Assembly: GCA_010909165.1 (NCBI GenBank)
Contig: MU008184.1
Span: 744,001 to 808,000, forward strand
Origin: Anthoceros angustus
Lineage: Eukaryota; Plantae; Anthocerotophyta
DNA length: 64,000 nucleotides
Reading direction: 5' to 3'
In this document: positions 26,801 to 39,666 of the stretch, piece by piece
Numbering within the stretch: the first letter of the stretch is position 1
Layout: each line of letters opens with the position of its first letter
Notes under the pieces: model-generated
Database searches by the model: none
The model's input: the letters and a program-made list of their open reading frames with translations, nothing else
Told to the model about the DNA's origin: nothing
Program-made: the position numbers and the translations under genes

Positions 26801-28208
26801 AAGAGCGACAGTGCAAGGCCCGGATGAGGATGCTCATGTCCCCGCTTCGCTCGCATGGTGAGCGTGCTCACTCTAAATGTGTATGTGGTTGTTGGGACAG
26901 AGGGGCGTAAACCATTGGTCAGACATCTTGACCGCCACGCGCTACTGCTGGTTCTTCCGAACGGAGCGGGGCCTACCCCCAAGTGGTGATCGAGGAAATG
27001 AGCGAGGCGCAGCTGCATGGAGGGAGGAGCACGGTGGTTGTCCAAATGATGAGGAGGCGGAATAATGCAGGGCCTATAGACGCAACGACGCCCATGGGAA
27101 GGCGCCAAGAAACTGCAGCAGTGAGGAGGTGGAGGTTTTGGGGAGAATCGCCGGATCGAGGCGCAGGAGAGCGAGAGGAACCCCACCCGGGCAGGGCTAG
27201 GGCAAAGAATCGCGACGCGGCCGCTACTGATTTTAGGAGAGCGCGACATCATAGGCCGAGGCTTTTTTAGTAGGATAGGATGTTTTGAGGACCCGTCAGA
27301 GTTTCGAATTGGTAGGAGCCGTGGTAGTGGGCCATATTTTAGACACTAGGAGTGAGTTGTGGACCACACGAATGTATAAGAGACCCTTGAGAGTCTCTCA
27401 ACAGACAATTTCGGTGTGAACTTCCGTGTGTTGAAGCTATGCGCGAGGTTGATTGAGACGCGATCAAGATCAAACTCGTTCGATGCACCGCCTTCTCGTC
27501 ACAAGAAGGCCGGAAGATCTCGGATGGTCGAGAGCGGAGTGGCCAAGCTCCACGCCTGGGTGACGGAAGGTAGCCGAAAAAGAGGTAGGAATTGCCGCGA
27601 AGGCCGAGGCGGAATAACATAGGGCCTATAGCGCGCCCATGGGAAGGCGAAAGCAGGCGTGGAGTGGTGGAGGTTTTGGGGAGAATCGCTCGGATCGGGC
27701 GTGGCGAGGCGGCGAGGGAACCCCATGGGCCGCTAGCGCAACAGCGAGGCGCTGATTTTAGGAGAGCGACATCATAGGCCGGGTTTTCTTTTTGGGTAGG
27801 GATAGGATGTTTTGAGGACCCGTAGTTTAGATTGGTAGGGCGCTCGTGGTAGTGGGCCATATTTTCTAGAACCGTAGGAGTGAGTGTGGAAATCCACGGT
27901 GAATGTATAAGAGACCCTTGAGAGTCTCTCAAAGACAATTTCGGTGTGAACTTCCGTGTGTTGAAGCTATGCGAGGTTGATTGGAGCGTCGATCGGCATC
28001 AAACTCGTTCGATGCACCGCCTTCTCGTCACAAGAAGGCCGGAAGATCTCGGATGGTCGAGGCGGGTGGCCAAGCTCCACTGGGGTGTGGAAGGTGGTGG
28101 CCGGAAAAAGGTAGGAATTGCGGAAGGCGGCGGGCTGAAGGCGGATCGCCCAAGCACCGACCGGGTTTTCCCGATCCTCTTCCAACCGCCACCTGTGTTC
28201 ATTCCATG

Positions 28209-28305
28209 AGGAGGGGTCTGTGGCCCAAGGAGGGGTCTGTGGCCCAAGGAGGGGTCTGTGGTGGCCCAAGGAGGGGTCTGTGGCCCAAGGAGGGGTCTGT
28301 GGTGG
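28209..28305 (+). repeat. 19-bp minisatellite (GGAGGGGTCTGTGGCCCAA) in the Gypsy 5' LTR
   Basis: About 5 tandem copies. Confidence 0.85.
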
Positions 28306-28732
28306 CCGAGTCAAGTCGGGACGGAAGGTAGATGAGTGCTGTGAGGGATTGTGAGAGTGTGTGAGGGAAAATCGAAATGCGAGGGGGAAGTGCGTGGAAT
28401 CGCAAATTCCAGAGGTAGAGTGAGGTGTATATAGGTGTCCATGCCCATAGCCCCAAGGTCCGCGAGAGAAGCCGGTGACAATAGACCCCGCGACAGGCGT
28501 TGTGGTGGGACTCCACATGAACCGCCACCGTGGTGGCCGAGTCTACCACGGTGGTGGGTTTGGGTAGGTAGCCGGAGAAGGTGGGGTAGTGAGCGACGGG
28601 TAGGTCTAGAATCCATAGATTAGAACACCTTGACACAACACCATTCCCTTGGGATCGAATCCTAGGACTATAACGACATAGAGGGTAAATGTGGCCTCTT
28701 TGCGTCTTGGATGCAAAACCCATTCCACATTT

Positions 28733-28748
28733 TGGCGCTGCTGGGAAT
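28733..28748 (+). promoter_or_regulatory. Putative PBS of the Gypsy element
   Basis: TGGCGCTGCTGGGAAT after the LTR end and a TTT spacer. The tRNA is not assigned. Confidence 0.7.
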
Positions 28749-29199
28749 GAAATCATTAAGGTTATAGGGGACTAACCATAGCTTAGGTGTCTAGTTTTGG
28801 AGTGTATCTAGTTAGGTAGATGGATGCCACGTTGAGTCGAGGGTTCGAGTCAAGTGGACGGAAGGCCACAAGAGAAGCGACAACGCCAAGCAATCGGAAA
28901 GGTTGAAAAGGGTTGCAAAACCGCGAGTTGAGGAGGATCCAAAAAGACGACCCGCTGGGAGGAGAAGGGAAGTAAGGAAGCAACTGTGGGACGGGGTCCG
29001 ATCTTGTTGGAGCAAGATCCCCAACCTCTGGACTTGGACGAGGTACCACCGCCAAGGAACCTCGACCAATTCCATCCACCGACCTCTCTTCCAAAAGTGT
29101 GCGATCGCTGGAGATCAATCGACTCCGCAGAACCGTTGTTGACCAACCACGCCGAATCAACGATAGTCATGACCACCACTGCGTGGTGGTCACCACCAA

Positions 29200-30200
29200 G
29201 CAACCTTACCTGTATGGAGAGGGAAGGGTATGAAGACCGATGAATTTGTTGAGCGCTTTGAGCACCGACATTTGCAAAACCAGAAGCGGAGATGCACACA
29301 GATTCATTGTTCTATGGAGTTCTTCGGGGTCCAAATAAGTGGTATAGGCGAATACCTCAAGTCGCCCACACCTCCAAAGAACCTATGAAGAGTTAAAACC
29401 GCCTGTGGAGAGGTCTGGGGCTTGACGTGGAGGGATACGTGTTGTCCAAGCTTGAAAAGCCGCAGAGAGGAAAGAAGGAAACCTTGCAGCGATGTGGAGA
29501 GGTTTCACCACGCGATCAAGTGGCCCTCACTGAGTTGCAGTAATACGGTGGTTCGCTAAAGGCCCGGGTTCTAAGATGGGGAGACACGAAGGTTACAAGC
29601 GGAGAAGAATTTGGGCAAGGCTATCAAGGCGGCGCTAAACTATGAGGAATCCAACCCGCAAGGGAGGAGGAAGGCTAAGAAGGAGAAGAAGAAGCCCAGA
29701 TCGAAAAAGAGAAGGGATCCTCATCCTCCTCGGAAGAAAGTTCATCGGTGAAGAGCTCCACGTAAGATTCCACAGAAAGTTCCTGAGGAGGAAACGAGTG
29801 ATGGAGGAAGCGCCATCGATGAGGAGCGCCAAATGGAAAAAGAAAATGAAGGGTCGTGCAGGACAACAAGGAGTCGGGTAAGGGCAAAACAGAGGCGATG
29901 TACGCAAAAAGGACGCGGAACAAGAAGGAGGGAGGCCGAGGTGGCAGCCAAGAAAGTAGAACAACAGGGAACAAGATGGAGGAGATGATGGCAAAATTCG
30001 AGAAATTCCATCTTAATGCGTAAAGGAACATGAGAGGAGAGTCACGAACCCACGAGCCAACCTCTTCTGCTCAACGGGGCAGTGGACACTCCAAAGCTAA
30101 TTGTCCGACAACAAGAGTACACCGCCGATATGAGGAGGAAGAGGAAGATACATACCAAATTCGAAGAGTATAAAGTGTACCCAAGACCATGTACCTCCAA
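29200..30200 (+). pseudogene. gag: Gypsy gag, degenerate
   Basis: Frameshifted, located after the PBS, with a CCHC remnant GHSKANCP near 30070-30110. Confidence 0.55.
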
Positions 30201-31199
30201 CTACGAATTCCACGGGGCGTCAGAATCACCGGGCGGGTAACAATCCAATGGGCACCGCCTTGTGCTACAACCGCAACCTTGACACTATGCATACCGCCCT
30301 TATCCAACTCCAAGGCAATGGAGATTTTGATAAACTATGTCAAGATTGTGCAGGGCATTTGGCCGAAGCCGCCAAAGCCCCGTAAAGACGGTGAGGATCG
30401 CACCACGGGAGTTCGCCGGCGCCCCCAAGTCCGTGTCCGCCATGCATGTTGAGGACGACTTATGGCGTATGGGAGGATGCCGAGATTAAGACCCTAAGGA
30501 GCTTAGAGGGATTAGATGCCAGAAGCGATTATTATGGGGAAGCTCCGCCATGGTCAGAACAAGGAGCACAAAAGCAAAAGAGAGGCGGGGAAGAAAAGAA
30601 GAAAGGAGGTGGATACGACCACGGGATCGATGAGGGAGAGTGTCGCCGCCCGAGGGAATACAAATGAACGCGCCAGGTGGAACACAAGCAACCGACTTGG
30701 CTGACGACCAATGTGCAAAAAGGTACGAGATGAGTTCCTGGACGAGTGCAAATTCAAAGGTGGAAAGGAATCAATGAATGGACATAATTGAAGACACTTT
30801 ACAAGCTACCCCAGAATTCCGAGGTGAAAAAAGATTAGGGTTTCCACCGACGACGGGAAGAGGTTATGGATATGATACAAGAAGAATTTGGGCAAGAAGG
30901 CCAAGGTGGGGGCGGGTTTCCAATGCACCCACCAGTCCACCACCCCACCCCGAGGGCCACCGCATCAAGTCATGACGAACTGGAACTAACCAACCAAACT
31001 CGGATGGAAACGAGGAGGTGTTTTCAATCTCGCCGAGGCCATCATGGACCAACATTTCATGATCACATTCGGACAACTCCGAGACAACCCCAGATAGGCA
31101 GATCGAGGGCATTAAAAGAGGCGCAACCCAAAAGAGCAATGCCTTCCTAAACCACCAAGACACTCACAACTTGGTATCCATGGTTGACCAAGGCCACCA

Positions 31200-34100
31200 A
31201 CCTGTGTAGAGATTTCGGATGCATCATAAAAGGAGTACCTCTCGACACGGGTCGTGTGAATATCATGATGAGGAAACGCTAGGAAATTGGGCTTGATATT
31301 GAACATACTACAAGGTTTTATGACATATGTCCGTAATGGTGCCGGGGAACCGACAGGTGTTAACGACCATTGGAACCATCCCTACTTGATGGATTATGTA
31401 GTCATCCAAAGACAAGTCGTGGTATAGACGCCTAATTGGTGAACATGGATGTACGGATCTCAATGCACGCCAAATGGGGAAGAAGGAAGTCGGTTTTAAA
31501 CCGCTGGAATGGGATCCCAAGACCAAGGAAGGTAGGATGTGCCTAACGGAGTAAGGACATGTATGGTGAAACTCCAATCAAACGATACACTCGCAGAGAC
31601 ACGTCGGGAGATGGAACAAGAAGACAAATTTCCTTTCGCACATCTCATGGTCTCGACGAGGAGGATTACCGAGACATATCCCACGCGATCAACCGGGGTC
31701 GTTACGGGTAACCATGCCAATGGAACTCGAAGGAGGTCCGGGCGGGGCAATGATAAGGAGGAAGAGCAGGAGCGCTTCACGTGGAGGATTTGTTTAGGAA
31801 TGGGGCATGAGAGAAGAGGAACCGCGGGAGCCGTAAGAAGGGTTTGGCACCGCACTGAGAGCGAGTGGTACAGCGATGAAGTCAAGGATGTTGAGGTTCT
31901 CCCAGGGAAAGTACTCAAATTCTCAAGAACAATGGATGCCGTGTTGGAGGAAGGCATGAAGCAACTGCTTGCAGAATTCATCGATGTTTTCGCCTTCGAG
32001 GTAACCGACATGAAGGGTATTCCCAAGGAGTGGGGTGAGCATAGGATTGACTGAACCGTGAGCAATCCCAAAGAAGGATTCCGCAAGACAAGTTAAACCA
32101 AGTACTCCTCAAGGTAAAGGATCGCTTGAGATCTCAAGGCGGATGTGATCTATCCTATAGTCAATACCGAATGGGTGGCTCCAATCGTGGTAGTACCTAA
32201 GAGGCCGGGCAAAATCCGAGTTTGTCAGATCGAGAAGGTTGAATAAGGTCACCAAGAAGGATCACTTCCGCTACCCTTCATCGATAATATCCTAGATCCG
32301 TCGCAGTGTGATGGTGTATTCATTCTTAGATGGGTACTGGGTATAACCGCACCTTAGGGAGAGCGATTGGTCACCGCTTTTACAACCGATCGGGGACATA
32401 TGCTTACAAGCGCAGCAGACGGTTGACGGAGCACTGGTCCTTCATGCGAACCATTGTCAAAATTTTCAAGGACTTCCTCGCGACTTTATGGAAGTTTTCG
32501 GACGACTTCGTATTTCCGCTAAGGACCATTTGTCGCACCTCCGAAGTGCCGAACGGTGTCGAACCACGCAATTATGCTCGCATCCGTAAAAGTGCTACTT
32601 TGGCATGTCAAGGAATTCGCTGGGCATCGAATTTCAAGCCGAGGTATAGAAGTAGATCCGACAAGGTAAAGGTCATAGCCACCCTTAGAGCACCTTCAAC
32701 GCTAAAGGAACTCCGTGGGTTCCCGGAATGGTCGCATAGACGCTTGCTCCAAATTTCGCCAAGCGGGCTGCCCCACTAACGAGCTTGTTGAGGAAGGACC
32801 AAGAGTGGGAATGGACGATGGAACGGAGAAGCATTCCGTGACTCACAGCCGCTACGCTTAAGAGGACCGGATCGAGTAAGAAATTCCATGTTTTCGCTGA
32901 TGTTTCAAAGATTTGCAATCGGATCGGTCCTTAGCCACGGATGAGAAGAAGAAGGATTTTCCGATCTACTATGCCGAGACAACTAACGGACGCGAACGAA
33001 AGTATACCACCACGGAGCGCCAATCGGAATGATTTACTCGTGAAAATTCACTACCTCCTCTCGTATGAATTTGTGTTCCATGTTGATCACTTTGCCTTGA
33101 AACACCTTGTGAATAAACCCGACCTTTCGGGACGGATAGCCGCTGGATCCTACCGCCTGTGAGTTTCACAGAGAAACGAGAGGGCGAAGCATGTCAACGC
33201 CGACTTCATATCTCGATTGAAAGGTGGAACGAAACCAGAAGATGATTTTCCGATGAGACATTGTTTTCGCAAGGTCGAAAGCAAACCAAGACCAAGGAAA
33301 TAAGGTGGAGGGCCAAGATCGATTGAGAAGGGAGGAGAGGTTCCACAAGACCAACATATCGAGAGATATGATTATCTTGGCACGTCAAATCCTCACATCT
33401 TCCAAGACAAAAAAGCGTCCACTACTCAAGACCACTTATACGCAAGATGAACTTATACCGAGTAGGTCCCGGCGGAGCGTTATGGGTACGCACGCCAAGC
33501 AAGCAGTCCCGAGCTCATTACACGAGGAGGCGGGGGCCATTATGCCGCGCATGTCACTTGCAGGAAAATTCTGGAGGCTGGCTATTGGTGGCCTACCATG
33601 TACAAGGATGCCAAGGAATTCGTAAAGCGCTGTGACGCCTGTCAAAGAGTCGGCAAGCCAACCGCCACAACTCAATGGCCCCTTGTCCCCATACTTGCAC
33701 TGGCACCATTCGAGAAATGGGGGATCGATTTTGTCGGGCCCATCCAGCCCAAAACAAAGACCCGCCAAAACCAGTACATCCTGGTAGCCACAGATTACTG
33801 TACACGGATGGTGGAGGCGCAAGCGCTGCCGGTGGATTCGGCGAACGTGGTGGCCAGGTTCCTGTTTGAGCAAATCATCACTAGATATGGCTGCCCATTG
33901 GAGCTGGTCAGTGATAGAGGCACATTTCAATCGTAATCTCTAATATGACCACTTCAATGTTGATCACGGAAGACCACTCCCTACAACCCAAAGGCCAATG
34001 GGTCGAAAAGGCAAACGGCTTGTTGTGCAAGATCCTAACCAAACTCACGCCGCTATGGATCGATATGAAATCGCATTCAAGCACTTTGGGCATACCAATC

Positions 34101-34500
34101 TGGAAAAGGTGACAACGCAGCAGACTCAGACATTACATATGGACACTCACCGTCATGCCAATAGAGTTCGAAGTACCCACCCTCAGAGTACAAGAACCAA
34201 GTCGAATGCCTGTGGAGGAAAGCCAGTTGGAGAGGTTGGTTGATTCAGAACACGAAGACAGAGAACAAGCACCAAGTTATGCGGGATGTCCAAAGAGAAG
34301 GAAGGAATGGCATGATAAGAGATCAAGCGCCAAGAGTATGTTGTTCCCGGGACCGCTCTATTGTATGATAACCGATACATGCATTTTCCGTAAGTTACAT
34401 TTAAGGTGGATGGGACCCTACAAAGTTTTGGAGGTTTTCGACAACGGATCTATCAACTGCAAGATGAATGGATCGCCCCGCCAACTAGAGTCAACGGTTG
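31200..34500 (+). pseudogene. pol: Gypsy pol (PR-RT-RNase H-INT), heavily frameshifted, no chromodomain
   Basis: LDTG protease motif (~31240); MKGIPKEWGEHRID; EWVAPIVVVPK; FSDDF; HVDHFALKHLVNKPDLSGRIA; YKDAKEFVKRCDACQR; PFEKWGIDFVGPI; YILVATDY. Confidence 0.9.
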
Positions 34501-34542
34501 GCGAGTTAAAAAATATTACAATAAGTTGGCGAGGACGCCAAC

Positions 34543-34558
34543 AAATGAGAAGGGAGTA
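34543..34558 (+). promoter_or_regulatory. Polypurine tract of the Gypsy element
   Basis: AAATGAGAAGGGAGTA directly before the TGTGG of the 3' LTR. Confidence 0.8.
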
Positions 34559-37500
34559 TGTGGAAGACCACATACACTAACCCTCTCAAGTGTCGGATGA
34601 ACGATTTTTTTTGTTTTGGAGTGTTTGTATAGCAAAGTGCTTTGAGAATCGCTGGTAAGGTCTTTTATACGAGAATGGTCCTTGGCCCTTGGGATAATAA
34701 TTTGTTTTTTGAACCTTAGGTTTTCGACCCGGATAGGTAGGTCGGAGATAGAGTCCTTGGGTTTTGGTGATTTTAGAAATAAGAAAGTGTCTATATATGT
34801 TAGGGGTGCCTACACCGCCACGCGCCAAGCGGGAGGTAGCCGCCCACCACGGTCAAGAACGGACGCATGCACTGTGGGAGTTTACAACCCTAGTGAGCGG
34901 GCCGATACGGAGCGCAATCGAGAGACACACCCAAAGACCGCGAGGTCGCGACCCGCCGGGCGCCGGGGCGAGCTGCAGCCGGGCGCGCGATGCAACCGCG
35001 CTCGGGCGAGCCTCTGTCAGGCAGTTGGAACGCGCGCCGGGCCGTGAGACGGCGGTGGCGGTGGGAAGAGAACCAGGCCGCGAAGGAGGAAAGAGACGCT
35101 GAGGCAAGAGCGCCAGAAAGTGGAGGAGACGCGAGGGTGGTGTTCCCTTCCGACCAGGGGTGAGTGTTGTTCTGGAAACAAGGAGAAGGAGATGGCGCCC
35201 GCGCCGAAATTTCCACCATGCGGTGGCCCAACATGGACCACCGGAAGGTGAGCGGCAGCCGTGCGTGAGCCGGGTCCGGAATTTATGGAGAAGAAATGGT
35301 GTTCTGACCTGCATTGGTGCAAGAGTGCGCTGCAATTGAGAACCAAGTTGCAAGAGGGAGACGCGAGGAAGAGGCCGCAAACTGGATTTGGGACTCTTTC
35401 GAGCGATGTATGGGCGAAGCATCGAGGATGGAAGCTTGGTAATTGACCCCAGAAAGAAGACCACGAGGCTGCGCTCATGAAGCCTGGGAAGTGAGAGTGA
35501 ACAATGGATGGGTGACTCGCCAACTCTCAAGCAATGTGGGATTAGCCAAGTGGATTTTGTGTTTCGCAACCTAAGTTGATCATATGGCGGACCACTTCGG
35601 TCTTTCTTCATGAGGTGGTTAAAGGTACACAAATCGATTGGGGCGGATGATCTTTGAAAGAGCCTGTGAGGAGAGGCGAATTTGCTCTCCCTTCCCTCGG
35701 CCCTCCTTGATTTCACCTTTTCTAATTCATGTGTTCGATTCCGGTGTCTAACGGAGTTGAAGTCGGTCCGCCTTCATAGCTGGAAACCGCGGGAACTCAA
35801 GGTAGAGGAGGAGGAGTGTAAGGAAGATTCCGGGATTCCAGTAGCTTGGGAATGCGCTCCTAGAAGATCTTGGAAGGTGAGGCAGCTGGTCACGGGAGCG
35901 TGCAGGAATTTATGGAGATGAAATGGTGTTCTGACAAGACATTGGTGCAAGAGTGCGCCCGCAATTGAGAACCAAGTTGCAAGAGGAGGAAGAGGCCGCA
36001 AAGCGGGATTTGGGACTCTTTCGAGCGATGTACAGAAGCATCGGAGGATGGAAGCTTGGTAATTGACCCCAGGAGAAAGAAGACCACGAGGCTGCGCTCA
36101 TGAAACTGAGAAGTGAGTGAACAATGGATGGGTGACTCGCCAACTCGTGTCTGCAGGTGGTGGGATTAGCCAAGTGGATTTTGTGTTCTGAGAATCGGAA
36201 GTTGGATCATATGGCGACCACTTCGGTCTTTCTTCATGAGGTGGTTAAAGGTACTCAAATCGATTGGGGCGGATGATCTTTGAAAGAGCCTGAGGAGAGG
36301 GGAATTTGCTCTCCCTTCCCTCGACCCTCCTTGATTTCACCTTTTCTAATTCATGTGTTCGATTCCGGTGTCTAACGGAGTTGAAGTCGGTCCGCCTTCA
36401 TAGCTGGAAACCGCGGGAACTCAAGGTAGAGGAGGAGGAGTGTAAGGAAGATTCCGGGATTCCAGTAGCTTGGGAATGCGCTCCTAGAAGATCTTGGAAG
36501 GTGAGGCAGCTGGTCACGGGAGCGTGCAGGAATTTATGGAGATGAAATGGTGTTCTGACAAGACATTGGTGCAAGAGTGCGCCCGCAATTGAGAACCAAG
36601 TTGCAAGAGGAGGAAGAGGCCGCAAAGCGGGATTTGGGACTCTTTCGAGCGATGTACAGAAGCATCGGAGGATGGAAGCTTGGTAATTGACCCCAGGAGA
36701 AAGAAGACCACGAGGCTGCGCTCATGAAACTGAGAAGTGAGTGAACAATGGATGGGTGACTCGCCAACTCGTGTCTGCAGGTGGTGGGATTAGCCAAGTG
36801 GATTTTGTGTTTCTGCGAATCGGAAGTTGGATCATATGGCGACCACTTCGGTCTTTCTTCATGAGGTGGTTAAAGGTACTCAAATCGATTGGGGCGGATG
36901 ATCTTTGAAAGAGCCTGAGGAGAGGGGAATTTGCTCTCCCTTCCCTCGACCCTCCTTGATTTCACCTTTTCTAATTCATGTGTTCGCATTCGGTGTCTAA
37001 CGGAGTTGGAAGCGTGTCGCCCTTCATAGCTGAAACCGTCGGGGAACTCAAGGTAGAGGAGGAGGAGTGTAAGGAAGATTAGGGAAGGATTCAGGATTGG
37101 GAATCGCTTCCCTAGAAGATTCGGATGAAGGTGGGAGGTTTCAAGGGCAAGAAGCGAGGGCGCGACCGAACGGGTCACAAGAAGGGAAGGACACAGCAAG
37201 AGGAACCCAGCCACACCTAGGGTCACCAGTAAATCAGCAGGAACGGTGAAGGAGGAGAAAATAAAGGGAACGACAAGTTGTGCCCCTCTGTGGGGAGGAG
37301 TCGCCGCTAGGAGAGATTGGAGCGGATGAGGAGAGTGGCAAACCAACCCCTAGAAGAAGAGGGGTTAGTTCGATAGCCAAGTCCGCGGAGCTGAACATTT
37401 TGGCGACATTTCACCGACCGTCCTACCGGGTGGAGGCAGTGACACCGTCAAGTAGAATTGTTGTGGAAGGAATGGGCACGGGACAATTGGAATCACAGGC

Positions 37501-39666
37501 CTTGACTCGCCATGGCTCGACGCAGTGATCTCCTCGATCAGCCATGGCTCTCACCGGCCGAGTGTGCACAGGAAAAGTTGCTCAAGGAGAAGTTGGAGAG
37601 CCCGAATAGAACAAGGTGGCCGAGGAGCGCAGACGGAATGCGAGGCGGCCCTATGCAAGGCATGTGAGCGCTAAAGGCCATGTCCACCCAACAGAGGCCT
37701 TAGTGAATCAGGGGGGCGATGCCACAATCGAGAGCTTCAAGATGAGGTCTCGCGAGCCTGTGAACAAATGGAAACAATGGCGCCCGAGAAATTCAAGAAG
37801 TCATGAGAGATATAAGCGAGAGAGATGAAGCTAGCCGAGTCAAGAGAGAGGTGGCCAAACCAAGAAGGGCAGAGCCACAACCGCAGAGTCAAGCCACCAC
37901 CGTGGAAACTACCACCACGGTGGCTAAACCGCCACCGCCGGAAGGAGGAACCGAGGTGGGGAAGTCACCGGCTGTGAGCGCCGCAGTGGGGATACGATCC
38001 CGAGAATCGCAGCCGCCTGTGGATTGTCCACGGAGGAGAGGGTAAGAACCTCAGAAGGGAGCGACAGTACGGCCCGGATGAGGATGCTCATGTCCCCGGC
38101 CGCCGCATGGTGAGCGTGCTCACTCTAAATGTGTATGTGGTTGTTGGGACAGAGGGGCGTAAACTATCACATCTTGACCGCCACGGGCGCTACGCTGGTT
38201 CTTCCGAACGGGAGCGGGGCCTACCCCAAGTGGTGATCGAGGAAATGAGCGGGCTGTGCATGCGGAGGGAGGAGCACACGGTGGTTGTCCAAATGAGGAG
38301 CGGAAACAGAGGGCCTATAGACAACCGCCCAAGGCTGGAAGACGCCAAGAAACCGCAGCAAGTGAGAGCGAGGTGGAGGTTTTGGGGAGAATCGCTCGGA
38401 TCGGGCGTGGCGGGAGGCGAGGCGGGGAAACCGCGAGGCTAGGCAAAGAATCATGACGCGCCGCACTGATTTTAGGAGAGCGACATCATAGGCCGAGGCT
38501 TTTTGGGTAGGGATAGGATGTTTTGAGGACCCGTGGCAGTAGTTTCGAATTGGTAGGAGCCGTGGTAGTGGGCCATATTTTCTAGACACCTAGGAGTGAG
38601 TCGGAAATAAACAATGTATAAGAGACCCTTGAGAGTCTCAATGCATAATTTCGAACTTCCGTGTGTTGAAGCTATGCGCGAGGTTGATTGGAGACGCGAT
38701 CAAGATCAAACTCGTTCGATGCACCGCCTTCTCGTCACAAGAAGGCCGGAAGATCCTCGGATGGTCGAGAGCGGAGTGGCCAAGCTCCACGCCTGGGTGA
38801 CACACGCCACGGAGGTAGGAATTGCCGCGGAGGCGGAAGGCGGATCGCCCAAGCACCGGGGTTTTCTTTCCTGATCCCTTTCCCGACGCCACCGGTGTGT
38901 TTATTCCACTAGAAGGAGGGGTCCTGTGGCCCAAGGAGGGTCTGTGGCCCAAGGAGGGTCTGTGGCCCAAGGAGGTCTGTGTGACCCAAGGAGGTCTGTG
39001 TGGCCCAAGGAGGTCTGTGTGACCCAAGGAGGTCTGTGTGGCCCAAGGAGGGGTCTGTGTGACAGGAGGGTCTGTGAGGAGGAGGTCTGTGACCCAAGGA
39101 GGGTCTGACCCGAGGGGTCATGTGACCCAAGGAGGGGTCTGTGACCCAAGGAGGGGTCTGTGACCCAAGGAGGTGTGTGTGGCCTGTGGAGGCGAAGAGT
39201 GCATTAGGAAGAGGAAGGTTCTCAAGGGGTATGAGTGCGCTACCGTGAGGGATTGTGAGAGTGTGAGGGAAAGTCGAAATGCGTAGAGGGTGGAAGTGTG
39301 CGGTGGGATCGCAGAAATTCCTAGAGGTAGAGTGAGGTGTACATAGGTGTCTGTATGCCCATAGCCCCCAAGGTCCGCGCCAGGGAAGCCGGTGACAAAT
39401 AGACCCCCGCGACAGGCGGCGTGCTGTGGTGGGACCCGCCACAGTGGCTGAACCGCCCACTGTGGTGGACGAATCTACCACGGTGGTGGGTTTGGGTAGG
39501 GTAGCTGGAGAAGGTGGGGTAGTGAGCGACGGGGAAGGTCCAGAATCCATAGATTCAGAACACCTTGACACAAAACTATTCCCTTGGGATCAAATCCTAG
39601 GACTATAACGACATAGAGGGTAAATGTGGCCTCTTTGCGTCTTCGGATGCAAAAACCCATTCCACA
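34559..39666 (+). repeat. 3' LTR of the Gypsy element (~5.1 kb; contains ~624-bp tandem repeats at about 35250-37000)
   Basis: Same termini as the 5' LTR. The ORF track shows identical ORFs at a 624-bp offset (35682 vs 36306; 35774 vs 36398). Confidence 0.88.
38915..39175 (+). repeat. Expanded 19-bp minisatellite in the Gypsy 3' LTR
   Basis: Roughly a dozen degenerate copies of (G)GAGGGGTCTGTG(G/A)CCCAA. Confidence 0.85.

Larger units (their letters stand above)
22948..28729 (+). repeat. 5' LTR of the Gypsy element (contains a duplicated block that includes ~300 bp of Copia flank at 24270-24575)
   Basis: Begins TGTGGAAGACCACAT, ends AAAACCCATTCCACA, and is colinear with 34559-39666. Confidence 0.88.
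22948..39666 (+). mobile_element. Full-length Ty3/Gypsy retrotransposon, non-chromovirus (Tat-like), with LTRs over 5 kb
   Basis: TGTGG...CCACA termini and a 5-bp TSD GTAGG (22943-22947, 39667-39671). It interrupts Copia pol between integrase and RT. Internal order is gag-PR-RT-RH-INT. Confidence 0.92.

Noticed and set aside
34155-34558. Chromodomain or env gene after the Gypsy integrase
   Set aside because: The region ends with a GPY-like integrase tail and the PPT, with no chromodomain or transmembrane ORF.
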